The position numbers were made by a program, and so were the translations under genes. The notes beneath the pieces are model-generated. The model searched no databases. It saw nothing but the letters and a program-made list of their open reading frames with translations, and was not told the origin of the DNA. Source: a virus. From it: DNA of 64,000 bases. Below, in pieces: positions 38,085-47,898 of this stretch (within the stretch, counting starts at the first letter, position 1; each line of letters opens with the position of its first letter). The stretch covers positions 23,960 to 87,959 of the IMG/VR virus record IMGVR_UViG_3300025000_002059, one strand, 5' to 3'.

Positions 38085-38911
38085 ATGATGTCACTTCAAC
38101 ATTTCGACCAGCAGTATTTCCGGCAGACATAATGTATGACGAAAATCTTACCTCAAGTCAGAGACTAATACTGATTGTTTTATTCACTTACACGAACGCA
38201 CATACTAATACAGCTTTTCCAAGTTATCAAACGATAGCCGAACGGTCTGGATTTGAAAGGAGGACATGTATAAAATTAGTCGATGAATTAATAACTAAGG
38301 GATACATCGAAAAGCAAGAAAATTACACAAAAACAAAAGGTGGAAAACCTAATCAGACATCAAATTTATACACGCTACACTTTAAGGAGAGACAAGTAGG
38401 TAGTGATTTTAAATCACTAGGGGGTAGTGATTTAAAATCACTAGGGGTAGTGAACGACGATCACCGGGGTAGTGATTTAAAATCACCCAAACTATCCATA
38501 GGAACTATCCATTGTGATCTTAATAATAATGATGAGGAAAAAATCGAAAACGAAGACTTTAAAAAATCGGTTCATCTCTGGGAAAATATCATGGGTAATG
38601 CAATTTCAGGAGTCGAAAATGATTATATCGACGAATGGATATCACAATTTAATATGCCATTCGAAATGGTGAAGGAAGCAGTTGATCGCATGATTGCGTT
38701 GAATATAAGACCAAGGAATATCAGATATGTCGATTCAATAACAAGAGGATGGCATAAGTCCGGGATCAAAACATTACAAGCGGCAAAAGAGGAAGTTCTT
38801 GATCGTGAAGCTAGTAAATTAAAAAAGAGACAAGGGAATAAGCCATTAAAACAGGGAGAGCAGAAGCCAGTAGAGCCATCTAGCTCAAAATACGATAAGT
38901 TTTACCTTTAA
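38081..38911 (+). CDS. Phage replication initiator (HTH_36 plus DnaD/DnaB_2 domain)
   Basis: AFPSYQTIAERSG, YVDSITRGW...GIKTL, SKYDKFYL; internal iterons. Confidence 0.88.
   Translation: MNDVTSTFRPAVFPADIMYDENLTSSQRLILIVLFTYTNAHTNTAFPSYQTIAERSGFERRTCIKLVDELITKGYIEKQENYTKTKGGKPNQTSNLYTLHFKERQVGSDFKSLGGSDLKSLGVVNDDHRGSDLKSPKLSIGTIHCDLNNNDEEKIENEDFKKSVHLWENIMGNAISGVENDYIDEWISQFNMPFEMVKEAVDRMIALNIRPRNIRYVDSITRGWHKSGIKTLQAAKEEVLDREASKLKKRQGNKPLKQGEQKPVEPSSSKYDKFYL
38397..38487 (+). repeat. Four ~23-bp palindromic iterons (lytic origin)
   Basis: GGGGTAGTGATTTAAAATCAC(T/C) repeats inside the initiator gene. Confidence 0.8.
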
Positions 38912-38931
38912 ACGAAGGGCCGTGATTAGCA

Positions 38932-39702
38932 TTGACTAACGGTTTTGAACGAATCATTGAGAACTTAAGACTAAAGCATGAAGCATTTAAGGCAAGCAAT
39001 ACACAGCCCATGGAGCCGATAAACTACGAGTGCTCGATTTGTGAGGACCGGGAAATCGTTTTGATCGAGCAGGAAGATGGTTCAGTTTCAGCACGAAACT
39101 GTCAATGCAAAGCACAGAAGATCCAGCGACGAATGTTCAAAGCATCGGGACTGACCGAAGAACAAGCTTTGATGACGATAGATGACTATAACGTTTCACC
39201 AGATACCATGAAGATGTACCAGATGACGAAAAATTATTTATGCGGACAATCATGGCGGGAAGGCAAAGGATTTGCACTGGTCGGAAGTGTGGGAGCAGGC
39301 AAGACGATGCTGGCACAGATCATCGCAAGCGAGATCATGCGCGACATGAAGACCGTGATCTTTATCCCAACGACAAGCCTGATGGCTGAACTTTTGGCAG
39401 CCCAATTTTCAAATGACAAATCAGAATTTGAGCAGCGTATAGACAAGTTAATCAAAGCTGATGTTGTTATTTTTGACGATATAGGAAAAGAGAAACCTAC
39501 GGAATGGGTCCAGAATCAATATTTTAGAATCATCGACGGTCGCTACAACAACCGGAGAGCAACCGGATATACATCGAATTATGATTTTGATCGATTAGCA
39601 GATCGGTTTTCTGAATTTGGGGATGCGATCATATCCCGGATCATAGCGATGACGCGAGATTATGTAGTCAATGTTAAGGCCAAGGATTACAGATTGAAAT
39701 AA
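38932..39702 (+). CDS. DnaC/IstB-like helicase loader ATPase
   Basis: CSIC..CQC Zn site, GSVGAGKT, FDDIGKE, TSN. Confidence 0.92.
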   Translation: MTNGFERIIENLRLKHEAFKASNTQPMEPINYECSICEDREIVLIEQEDGSVSARNCQCKAQKIQRRMFKASGLTEEQALMTIDDYNVSPDTMKMYQMTKNYLCGQSWREGKGFALVGSVGAGKTMLAQIIASEIMRDMKTVIFIPTTSLMAELLAAQFSNDKSEFEQRIDKLIKADVVIFDDIGKEKPTEWVQNQYFRIIDGRYNNRRATGYTSNYDFDRLADRFSEFGDAIISRIIAMTRDYVVNVKAKDYRLK

Positions 39703-39989
39703 GGGAGCGGATCACATGTCAGAAATTGAACAAAAAAAAGCCAGCACACACTAATAATGTACTGACAAAGGGAAGAAAAACGACAGACCACGATACCATC
39801 AACAATATTCAGTCATATATGGGATTCCGCAATGCCATATAGACAAGCATAATGATACCAATAATTTGAAATTTTGTCCAACTAAAAATATTCCATTTGT
39901 AGTAATATAAAGGTAGGACAAAATAATAAATTCTAAGGGCACATATTAACGGTACAAGCGTTCAGGATTAATGATTAGGGGGAAAGGTA

Positions 39990-40298
39990 ATGAGGACATT
40001 CATTGAGAACAAAGAGCGGGCAGACATGGATATTATTGTCGACTCATTTATTCATGACTTAAACATCTACGAGATGACATCCATGCCGATCATTACGATT
40101 TATAACAATATCACGAAAGACTATCCCGGAAAATTTGTAGCACGATTATTCATGATTGAACCGGGCGAAATTAAATACACAAGATATATTATGTTGTCAG
40201 ATGATTTATCCAAGATATGGAAAGAAATCCCGCCAAATATGACTAGGATGCTGCCGCACCCGAAAGATGATCCAGTGGTTCTTGAGACATGGCTATAA
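39990..40298 (+). CDS. Hypothetical phage protein
   Basis: DYPGKFVARLF ... DDPVVLETWL. Confidence 0.65.
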   Translation: MRTFIENKERADMDIIVDSFIHDLNIYEMTSMPIITIYNNITKDYPGKFVARLFMIEPGEIKYTRYIMLSDDLSKIWKEIPPNMTRMLPHPKDDPVVLETWL

Positions 40299-40319
40299 TT
40301 AGCGAAGCTACAGGAAGGG

Positions 40320-40826
40320 ATGGATGCAATGGATCTTATCGCAGAAAAGGAAATACTCCGGAGAGCTATTCTTGATTATGGAAAAGTACCGCAAAAGATA
40401 AAAGCGATCGAGGAATTAGCCGAACTCATACATGCTTTATCCATTGGTAACCCCAAAATGATAGCAGAAGAAATGGCAGATGTGTCTATCATGCTTGAGC
40501 AATTGAAGCTGATTTATAATAATGCTGCGGAAGTTGAAGGTTATCGTTCGGAACGGGCAAAGAAAGCAACAAGGAAAACAAAGCCGCCGATCGAAGAGTT
40601 ATCGAAATTAATCCAAGTGATAGCCAAGAATAATGACTTATGCCTTGTAGCAGAAAAAATAGCAGATACCTATTTGATGATTGAAATATTGAAAACTACC
40701 TATCACAATGCTAAGAAAGTGGAAGGATATCGTAAGTACAAGCTCGAACGGCTAAATTATCGGCTACTCAATTTGGAATCGCAAATTGAGAATGAGGGGG
40801 GAGAATGCATTGGAGCGAATGGATAG
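40320..40826 (+). CDS. MazG-like nucleotide pyrophosphohydrolase (duplicated motif)
   Basis: EELAELI...EEMADV.IML.QL, repeated in degenerate form. Confidence 0.65.
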   Translation: MDAMDLIAEKEILRRAILDYGKVPQKIKAIEELAELIHALSIGNPKMIAEEMADVSIMLEQLKLIYNNAAEVEGYRSERAKKATRKTKPPIEELSKLIQVIAKNNDLCLVAEKIADTYLMIEILKTTYHNAKKVEGYRKYKLERLNYRLLNLESQIENEGGECIGANG

Positions 40827-41103
40827 AGATAAGGAGATACGAGAAATGAAGAAAAAAATTAATCTTCAGCTTTTATTATCAATTATCGTAACCATTAGTC
40901 TAGGACATTTAATACCTATGGACTTCAAAGTGGTCTACGGATTTTGTGCTGGAATTGGAGTAGGGGTGTTTTTGTTCCCAAGATTGCTAGAAGCACGGAT
41001 AAGGGATGACATCAATAAGATGTGGCGGCGCAGTAATGACAACGAATGGAAAATATGGATAACAGATCACCATGATGACTCTAAGGAGATCAAGGATGTT
41101 TAA
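40819..41103 (+). CDS. Membrane protein
   Basis: Two hydrophobic helices. Confidence 0.5.
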   Translation: MDRDKEIREMKKKINLQLLLSIIVTISLGHLIPMDFKVVYGFCAGIGVGVFLFPRLLEARIRDDINKMWRRSNDNEWKIWITDHHDDSKEIKDV

Positions 41104-41398
41104 TATTGTGGAGTTAGATTCTCCTTTAAGGGGAACTAGGGCTTTTCGTGTGGGGGGATGCACCATCATGGTTGGGGTAGAGATGGGGTTGTGGCATTTA
41201 TCGATATCACACCCAGATAAATATCCAGATTGGGATATTATAAAATTCGTGCGATATTCCTTCTGTCCCAAGAACATAACGATGGCAATGCTACTTCCTC
41301 CGCCGGAAAATTATGTAAATGTCCATAAAAATTGCTTCCATCTTTGGGAAGTACAAGATGATCGAGGCAAGAAGAAATCAAGGATCCTAATTCCATAA
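41096..41398 (+). CDS. Conserved phage protein
   Basis: WHLSIS...PDW...P..NYVNVH.NCFHLW. Confidence 0.65.
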   Translation: MFNIVELDSPLRGTRAFRVGGCTIMVGVEMGLWHLSISHPDKYPDWDIIKFVRYSFCPKNITMAMLLPPPENYVNVHKNCFHLWEVQDDRGKKKSRILIP

Positions 41399-41604
41399 TG
41401 GGCGGGGCGATGATCGGAGAGTGCCCGGTCTGTCAAGATATTATCTGGGAGAGCGATGACTGGGTATTGGATAAATTCTACATGAAGCACCGGGAATGCG
41501 ATTCTGCTTTAATGGAGGATGTGGCACTCAAGCTTTCAAGGCTATCTCGGGAGCAGAAAATAAGAATGCTAATTTTCCTTGAATCAATCACGGAAGAAGA
41601 ATAA
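41398..41604 (+). CDS. Hypothetical Zn-binding protein
   Basis: CPVC...H.EC. Confidence 0.5.
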   Translation: MGGAMIGECPVCQDIIWESDDWVLDKFYMKHRECDSALMEDVALKLSRLSREQKIRMLIFLESITEEE

Positions 41605-41744
41605 GGAATAAAAGAATACGCACAGGAACAAAACGAAAGAAATGCCAAGGTGTAATTTTTATTTCAAAATCATTCTTACAGATTGTAGTAGTTTTGTATT
41701 GATTTATTGATAGGAATAAAGGAATACGCTGGGGGTGAGGGGCG

Positions 41745-42107
41745 ATGGCAAAAAAAACTGTGATCTGCCCATCAGAAGAACGAGAACAATTTGTCGTGGT
41801 GCAATGGATGGAACTTAAAAGAATCACATTTATACATGTTCCGAATGAAGGGAAAAGGAGCAGATTAGCCGGAGCAAAACTGAAAGCGCAGGGACTTAAG
41901 CCGGGGTTTCCAGACTTACTTATTTTTGATATTCCACCAAAACGTCCGGGATACCGGGGAGTCGCAATCGAGATGAAAAAACTTGATGGCCGGGCAACGG
42001 ATATGCAGAAGGAATGGCTGAAAAAATTAAGGGAGCTGGGATGGTTTGCCTTGGTATGCGAGGGAGCAGATAAGGCAATCAAGGCGCTGGAAGAATTGGG
42101 ATTTTAA
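41745..42107 (+). CDS. VRR-NUC nuclease / Holliday junction resolvase-like
   Basis: HVPNEGKR, GLKPGFPDL, IEMK, Q.EWL. Confidence 0.9.
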   Translation: MAKKTVICPSEEREQFVVVQWMELKRITFIHVPNEGKRSRLAGAKLKAQGLKPGFPDLLIFDIPPKRPGYRGVAIEMKKLDGRATDMQKEWLKKLRELGWFALVCEGADKAIKALEELGF

Positions 42108-42351
42108 TTAAAAGGAGATGAGGAATAGGTGTATGGAGATTGATAAGAAGTGTGGCAATTGCGGACATCTTCTCCCATTGAAGGGAACCGTAGCGGAAAA
42201 AATGTGGCAGGCAGAACTCACTAAGGGTGTTTGTGAATGTAATGGAAAGCAAATGAATGGATCGCTTTTGGCAGGATGTACATTATGGTGCGATAGAACT
42301 GTGCCAAGAAACAAACCCTAAAACTATGGATAGCTAGGGGAGGGATAAAAA

Positions 42352-43194
42352 TTGATAAAGATTTGTCTTGATCCGGGCCACTGCTCTTATGGAAGTGATT
42401 ATGGAGCGGAGGGCAATAATCTAAAGGAATCGGACTTAACGCTAGATATCGCCTTGAAACTCCGGGACATTTTAGTAGGACGGAATTTTGATGTTATGTT
42501 GACAAGAGAGGGAGACTTGGTTAAGGGGCTACAGGAAGGTTATACCTTAAATGAATCCTTACAGAGACGATGTGATATCGCAAATGCTTTCCAAGCGAAC
42601 ATCTTTATTTCTATACACATTAACAGTGTTGATATTACTAGCCCAAGCGGTGTGGAAATTCTTGTGGCTGGCTTTGGTGGTGAAGCTCAAAAAATAGCTG
42701 AAAAGATACTTCCATATTTGGTCGGAATGGGACTAAAAAATAGACATGTAAAAACCCAGAATGTCTATGTTTTACAAGATGGACACACGGCAATGCCCGC
42801 AATCCTAACGGAAAACGGATTCATAAGCAATGCCCAAGATGCGGCGAGATTAGCGAACCCGACATTTCGTCAGAAGATAGCCATTGCTCATGCAGAAGGA
42901 ATCATAGAATATTTTGATCAGGGAGGAAGCGACATGTTGAAAATTGCCATACTTAAATTTACCAAAAATGATGATTGGGCGGCTGAAGATGTCGATGCCA
43001 AGCATGGAGGGATCGCCAACTTCACCCGTTATGGCACAGACAAGATTATTCCATCAGAAGCACTTCAGGCGGAACAACTAATTGTAATTGGGGGACCAAC
43101 AACCGGGCACAAGAATGAGATTCTTCTTTCAGGTAAAGACAAATATGAAACGGCTGCAAAGGTCGATGTATATTTAAAAACTGGTCAACACTAG
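42352..43194 (+). CDS. N-acetylmuramoyl-L-alanine amidase (Amidase_3) endolysin
   Basis: LDPGH, E.DL.L, FISIHIN, AILTENGFI; C-terminal LSGKDKYETA cell-wall-binding-like repeat. Confidence 0.93.
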   Translation: MIKICLDPGHCSYGSDYGAEGNNLKESDLTLDIALKLRDILVGRNFDVMLTREGDLVKGLQEGYTLNESLQRRCDIANAFQANIFISIHINSVDITSPSGVEILVAGFGGEAQKIAEKILPYLVGMGLKNRHVKTQNVYVLQDGHTAMPAILTENGFISNAQDAARLANPTFRQKIAIAHAEGIIEYFDQGGSDMLKIAILKFTKNDDWAAEDVDAKHGGIANFTRYGTDKIIPSEALQAEQLIVIGGPTTGHKNEILLSGKDKYETAAKVDVYLKTGQH

Positions 43195-43217
43195 AAAATT
43201 TTAACACATTGCCATGG

Positions 43218-43244
43218 CAGGCTGAGAATAAAGCCTGTTTTTTT
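43218..43244 (+). terminator. Intrinsic terminator
   Basis: CAGGCT...AGCCTG followed by a T-run. Confidence 0.65.
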
Positions 43245-43390
43245 ATTTGGAAGTTATTAACATGTTATCTACAGATTGTGGATAAGTAGTTAATTTATGA
43301 ACACTATAATGTAATTAGGGATACTAAGTGACAGAAAGATAAATATAGGATAAAATAGGACAAGGAATTAAATGGAAGGAGTTCAGGAGA

Positions 43391-44758
43391 ATGAATGAGC
43401 AGCTCAAGGTCCAATATATCCCGATTGAGGAACTGAAAAATTGGGATGAAAATCCTAGAATTAACGACGAGGCAGCTGGAAAACTCACAAAACTAATCGA
43501 GGTTCATGGATTCATAAATCCGGTAATTGTCACTCCGGACATGAAAGTTAGAGCGGGACACACCAGAATAAAAGCAGCTAAATTAATGGGCATCAAAAAA
43601 GTTCCAGCCATGATCGTCGAGTTTGATTCCGAAGAGCAAGCGCAAGCATTCTCCTTGGCGGATAATAAAGCTGGGGAATGGGCAGAATGGGACTTCAAGA
43701 AATTAGTGGATATTTTACTTAGGCTTGATGTTGGCGATTTCGATATGGATATTACAGGATTCCAAATGGATGAAATAGAGGACATGGTTAATAAGTTTGG
43801 AGAACGTCCCATAAGTGAAGAAGAAGAATTCGATGCCGAAGAAGAAGTCGATAAAATAGAGTCAGCCTTCACATTACCGGGAGACATCTGGACAATTGGG
43901 AAGCACAGACTTATATGCGGCGATGCAACGAAACTATCCGATATCAAGACACTGGTCGGAAAGCAGGACATAAGCTTAGTTATTACGGATCCGCCATACA
44001 ATGTAAATTATGTGGGCAAAGTTGGATCAATTATGAATGATAATATGGGCAACGATAAGTTCTATGAATTCTTATTGGATTCTTTTAAAAACATGGAATG
44101 GGCGCTGCAAAAGGGATCGCCATTTTATATATTTCATGCCGATTCCGAAGGTTTAACATTCAGAAAAGCGCTGCAGGATTCCGGACTTATCCTTCATCAA
44201 GTTTTAGTGTGGGTAAAAAACACCTTCGTCATGGGACACAACGACTATCACTGGCAGCACGAACCAATTATTTATGGATGGAAAGAAGGAGCGGCACACC
44301 CATGGCACGGATTTAGGGACAAAGCAACCGTGATAGATGACGGAGTTATTGACATCGAAGTTATGAAAAAGGCTGAGTTATTAGATTTTGTAAAAGAAAT
44401 GATAGATAAGATTGATACGACTGTGCTCCGGGAAAATAAGCCCGGACGCAATGCCGATCACCCGACCATGAAACCACTTCCACTGATACGGAAATTGATG
44501 CTTAATTCATCACGAGTCCACCAAGCAGTTTTCGATCCATTTCTGGGGAGCGGATCAACACTCATAGCATCCGAACAATTAGAGCGGATTTGCCTTGGTT
44601 CAGAACTTGATCCAAAATACTGCGATGTGATAGTAAAGCGATATATAAAATTTAAGAGCAGGGATACGAGAGGAATAAAACTAATGAGAAATGGGAAAGG
44701 GATAGATCTGGATATAATCTTAAACAATTGGTGCAATGAGCTGGCGGCAGATGAATAA
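43391..44758 (+). CDS. ParB-N domain plus N4/N6 DNA methyltransferase
   Basis: NPRIN/AGHTR ParB-N; TDPPYN, HPTMKP, DPFLGSGST. Confidence 0.93.
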   Translation: MNEQLKVQYIPIEELKNWDENPRINDEAAGKLTKLIEVHGFINPVIVTPDMKVRAGHTRIKAAKLMGIKKVPAMIVEFDSEEQAQAFSLADNKAGEWAEWDFKKLVDILLRLDVGDFDMDITGFQMDEIEDMVNKFGERPISEEEEFDAEEEVDKIESAFTLPGDIWTIGKHRLICGDATKLSDIKTLVGKQDISLVITDPPYNVNYVGKVGSIMNDNMGNDKFYEFLLDSFKNMEWALQKGSPFYIFHADSEGLTFRKALQDSGLILHQVLVWVKNTFVMGHNDYHWQHEPIIYGWKEGAAHPWHGFRDKATVIDDGVIDIEVMKKAELLDFVKEMIDKIDTTVLRENKPGRNADHPTMKPLPLIRKLMLNSSRVHQAVFDPFLGSGSTLIASEQLERICLGSELDPKYCDVIVKRYIKFKSRDTRGIKLMRNGKGIDLDIILNNWCNELAADE

Positions 44759-44784
44759 ATAATCGGGAAGGGGGGAATGCCGCG

Positions 44785-45198
44785 ATGGGTTCAATAGAAA
44801 ACGAATATGAAGATCTTCATGAACTCAAAGCGCAAATCGAAGTTCTTAAATCAGAATTAGTCTCCCTTGAAGAAACAGGAATATCTGCGATGCGCTTAGA
44901 TAAAGTTGGAACAAGCTATAATATTTCAAAGCCAACAGAAACAGATGCCTTGGGAGTCATTGAGAAGAGATCCTTTATTCAGCGAAAAATTATTGTCATG
45001 CAACAACGTGTTGAGATATTGGAAAATGCACTTAAGGCATTAACACCCTATGAATTTGAAATTATCACTAGAAAAATCATCGATAACGAACCATTTTATA
45101 GAATTTGTGGTGATTTAAAGGTAAGCGAGCGAAATGCAAGACGCACAAAAGCCCGCGCATTACAAAAGCTGGAACGCACGATTTATAATCAAAAATAA
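44785..45198 (+). CDS. ArpU/RinA-like late transcriptional activator
   Basis: Coiled coil plus C-terminal sigma-4-like HTH; position before terS. Confidence 0.75.
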   Translation: MGSIENEYEDLHELKAQIEVLKSELVSLEETGISAMRLDKVGTSYNISKPTETDALGVIEKRSFIQRKIIVMQQRVEILENALKALTPYEFEIITRKIIDNEPFYRICGDLKVSERNARRTKARALQKLERTIYNQK

Positions 45199-45281
45199 GG
45201 TTTGTCATGGTTTTGTCCGGTTTTTGGCAGGGTTTTGGCAGGCTTCTGCCTGTTTACAGTCTGTATGAAACATGTTATATT
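45199..45281 (+). promoter_or_regulatory. Late promoter with phased activator-binding repeats
   Basis: GGTTT(T)(T)G(T/G)C four times at 10-12 bp spacing; TTTACA-17-TATATT. Confidence 0.55.
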
Positions 45282-45355
45282 TAAGATGGAATAAATAGAC
45301 AAGACTACAAAACGGCTACTTTTAGCCGTTTTTTTATGTTCCAAAATAGGGCGAG

Positions 45356-45850
45356 GTGTTAAATATGCCCAAAGAAGTAGGAAGACCAGTCAAAATCAAT
45401 CCGACAATACAGGCAGAGCTTGTCAAAATGATTCAAGCTGGGAATTACATGGAAACAGCGGCAGCATTTGTGGGCATTTCTATTTCAACAATGAGAGATT
45501 GGATTAGAAGGGGAGAGCGGGAAGCACAAAGATTCATAGATGATCCGAAAGCGCGACCGATAAAATCAGAAACACCATTTATGGAATTTTCGGCAGCTAT
45601 TAAAAAAGCCCAAGCTGCAGCGGAAATCCGGGACGTGATTATAATCGGCGATGCAGCGCGAGAATCATGGCAAGCGGCAGCATGGCGGCTAGAACGAAAA
45701 TACCCGGAAAAGTGGGGCAGAAAAGATCGCCATGAAGTAAGTGGTCCTTCTGGTGGGCCAGTTCAAATAGAGGAAATCAGAGAAAAGCTATTCCGGAAGT
45801 TCAGTGACATAAAGCCGGAACCAGAACAAAAACAAGAAGGGACTGATTGA
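45356..45850 (+). CDS. terS: Terminase small subunit
   Basis: GRPVK, HTH, WQAAAWRLERKYPEKWGR, EVSGPSGGPVQI. Confidence 0.8.
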   Translation: MLNMPKEVGRPVKINPTIQAELVKMIQAGNYMETAAAFVGISISTMRDWIRRGEREAQRFIDDPKARPIKSETPFMEFSAAIKKAQAAAEIRDVIIIGDAARESWQAAAWRLERKYPEKWGRKDRHEVSGPSGGPVQIEEIREKLFRKFSDIKPEPEQKQEGTD

Positions 45851-45851
45851 A

Positions 45852-46055
45852 CTGAATCCAATTATTGAAAACAACTTCAAGTATCATGCGCCAAAAGACG
45901 GACAACCAGAAATGTATGTAGAGATTAGAGAAAAGGCAAAAGAGTTTGCTTATTTGATTGATCGACTGTGTCCAGTGTGCCGGGAAAGATCCACGGCTAT
46001 GACGAAGCTGGAAGAATCCGTGATGTGGGCCAATGCAGCAATAGCGAGGGAATAG
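45852..46055 (+). CDS. Acb2/Tad1-like hairpin anti-defence protein (not in ORF track; CTG start)
   Basis: Manual translation (M)NPIIENNFKYHAPKDGQPEMYVEIREKAKEFAYLIDRLCPVCRERSTAMTKLEESVMWANAAIARE; GAAGGGA RBS. Confidence 0.7.
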   Translation: MNPIIENNFKYHAPKDGQPEMYVEIREKAKEFAYLIDRLCPVCRERSTAMTKLEESVMWANAAIARE

Positions 46056-46083
46056 AGATGGATGGAGATTAGAGGGGGAGCAG

Positions 46084-46875
46084 TCAGGTGCCATTGATTC
46101 TTAGTTGTTCGCGCAATAATTGAAGTTCTTTCCTATCTGTCATATGATCCCTCACATTATCTCCTTGTGTTCCTAGTCTTAGATTATCGGGATCATTATT
46201 TAACTTATCTCCGTCACGATGCCTAACGACAATTCCCGGTTGTATCGCTTTAGTTCCATATTTTTGTAATGCAATTAAGCGATGTTCATAATAATAATTT
46301 CTGTGAATCTTTAGATGTTTTTTAGCCAATTCTCGAAGTTCTGGTGTGAGATTATCTTTATGAATTTCTCTGTATCCATTTGTAATCATAATGCCATTAT
46401 TTTTTTTTGGATGTTCCTGATATTTTTTAGAACAAGACATACATTTAGTATTTAAGTCATGTCTTAACGATTGAACATTTTTCCATCGTTCCTCACCGCA
46501 ATGAGGACAATAGGATAATATGCAATGTAATCTTTTCTTTCCAATTTCATAAAGATACATTCCCTGCCTACGATAATTAACAATTATCATCTTTTTGTGA
46601 TCATCAAATTCCCCTATGAAACAATATTTGGTTCTTGGGAGATGACGATGTTCAGAGCAGTATGTCTTGCGTTCTCTGACGGAATTAGAAAATACTGATT
46701 TATGAATATATCTTCCAAATCCACAATAAGGGCAGATAGCCCAAAGTTTATTTCCTTTAGTAAGTGAAAAATCAAAAAGTTGTTCAGATTGCATATTAAA
46801 AATGATATCCATATTAAATTCTTCAACAATATAGTGTTGAGTATTTTTTTTAAACATTAAATTAATCCTTTCCAC
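46084..46875 (-). CDS. HNH homing endonuclease
   Basis: YEHRLI...VVRHRDGDKLNN.PDNL; Zn ribbons; antiparallel AT-rich insertion. Confidence 0.85.
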   Translation of the reverse strand: MERINLMFKKNTQHYIVEEFNMDIIFNMQSEQLFDFSLTKGNKLWAICPYCGFGRYIHKSVFSNSVRERKTYCSEHRHLPRTKYCFIGEFDDHKKMIIVNYRRQGMYLYEIGKKRLHCILSYCPHCGEERWKNVQSLRHDLNTKCMSCSKKYQEHPKKNNGIMITNGYREIHKDNLTPELRELAKKHLKIHRNYYYEHRLIALQKYGTKAIQPGIVVRHRDGDKLNNDPDNLRLGTQGDNVRDHMTDRKELQLLREQLRINGT

Positions 46876-46941
46876 CGAATACTTAAGTATACCATACGAT
46901 ATAATTAAGTATTAGTGGAAATAAAAGGAGTTAATAAATTG

Positions 46942-47898
46942 ATGATCGCAGATAAGACGATTTTAATCACAGGTGGTACAGGAACTTTTGGTCAAAAATA
47001 TACAGAATGGCTAATAAAACATAAGGGAGTAAAACGAATTATTATATTTTCTAGAGATGAATTAAAGCAACATGATATGAAACAAAAATTTAAAGATGAG
47101 CGAATACGTTATTTTATAGGTGATGTAAGAAATCAAAATCGATTAGAAAGGGCATTCAATGAAGTAGATATTGTAATTCATGCTGCAGCACTAAAGCAAG
47201 TCCCAGCTTGCGAGTATAATCCTTGGGAAGCAGTCCAAACAAATGTAATCGGAACACAGAATATAATCGAGGCATCTATTAATAAAAAAGTTAGTAGATG
47301 TCTTTTGCTCAGTACAGATAAAAGCTGCATGGCTTCAAACACATATGGAAAAACAAAAGCTCTAGCCGAATCTTTATTTATAAACGGCAATGCATATGCG
47401 AGCGGGACCAAGACCAGATTCAGTTGTGTTCGTTATGGAAACGTTACCGGATCGCGGGGAAGCATAATCCCTTTGATGGAAAAGCTTCGGGACAGCGGAC
47501 AGCCGATCACTATCACCGATGATCGGATGACAAGATTCTGGCTGGAACCTGAAAGGGCATGTGAAATAGTTTCGTCAGCAATTCAGATGATGTATGGCGG
47601 GGAAATATTTATACCCAAAATACCCAGTGTTCGAATTTTAGATTTGAAGCAGGCTATAGCGCCAGAGTCAGAGATTAAATTTATTGGGATCCGGGAAGGC
47701 GAAAAACTGCATGAGTCCTTAATAAGCGAGCAGGAAGCACCGATGACGATCGATGCCGGGGAGTTCTATGTTATAGAAAGCCCGCAAGATTGGTTCCAGA
47801 GAGGACGCATAAAAGGAATTCATTTTGAAAAGGAAAGATATGTAAGTAATGAAAATGAAAACTTTCTTAGCATTGAAGAAATTCAGGCTGGGATTTAG
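46942..47898 (+). CDS. pseB: UDP-GlcNAc 4,6-dehydratase (inverting)
   Basis: GGTGTFG, FSRDELKQ, HAAALKQVPACEYNP, RYGNV.GSRGS, GIREGEKLHE. Confidence 0.9.
   Translation: MIADKTILITGGTGTFGQKYTEWLIKHKGVKRIIIFSRDELKQHDMKQKFKDERIRYFIGDVRNQNRLERAFNEVDIVIHAAALKQVPACEYNPWEAVQTNVIGTQNIIEASINKKVSRCLLLSTDKSCMASNTYGKTKALAESLFINGNAYASGTKTRFSCVRYGNVTGSRGSIIPLMEKLRDSGQPITITDDRMTRFWLEPERACEIVSSAIQMMYGGEIFIPKIPSVRILDLKQAIAPESEIKFIGIREGEKLHESLISEQEAPMTIDAGEFYVIESPQDWFQRGRIKGIHFEKERYVSNENENFLSIEEIQAGI

Noticed and set aside
43504-44736. Antisense ORFs overlapping long genes (e.g. 43504-44001, 29308-29721, 17382-17885, 52336-52725)
   Set aside because: They are shadow frames of well-supported genes on the opposite strand.
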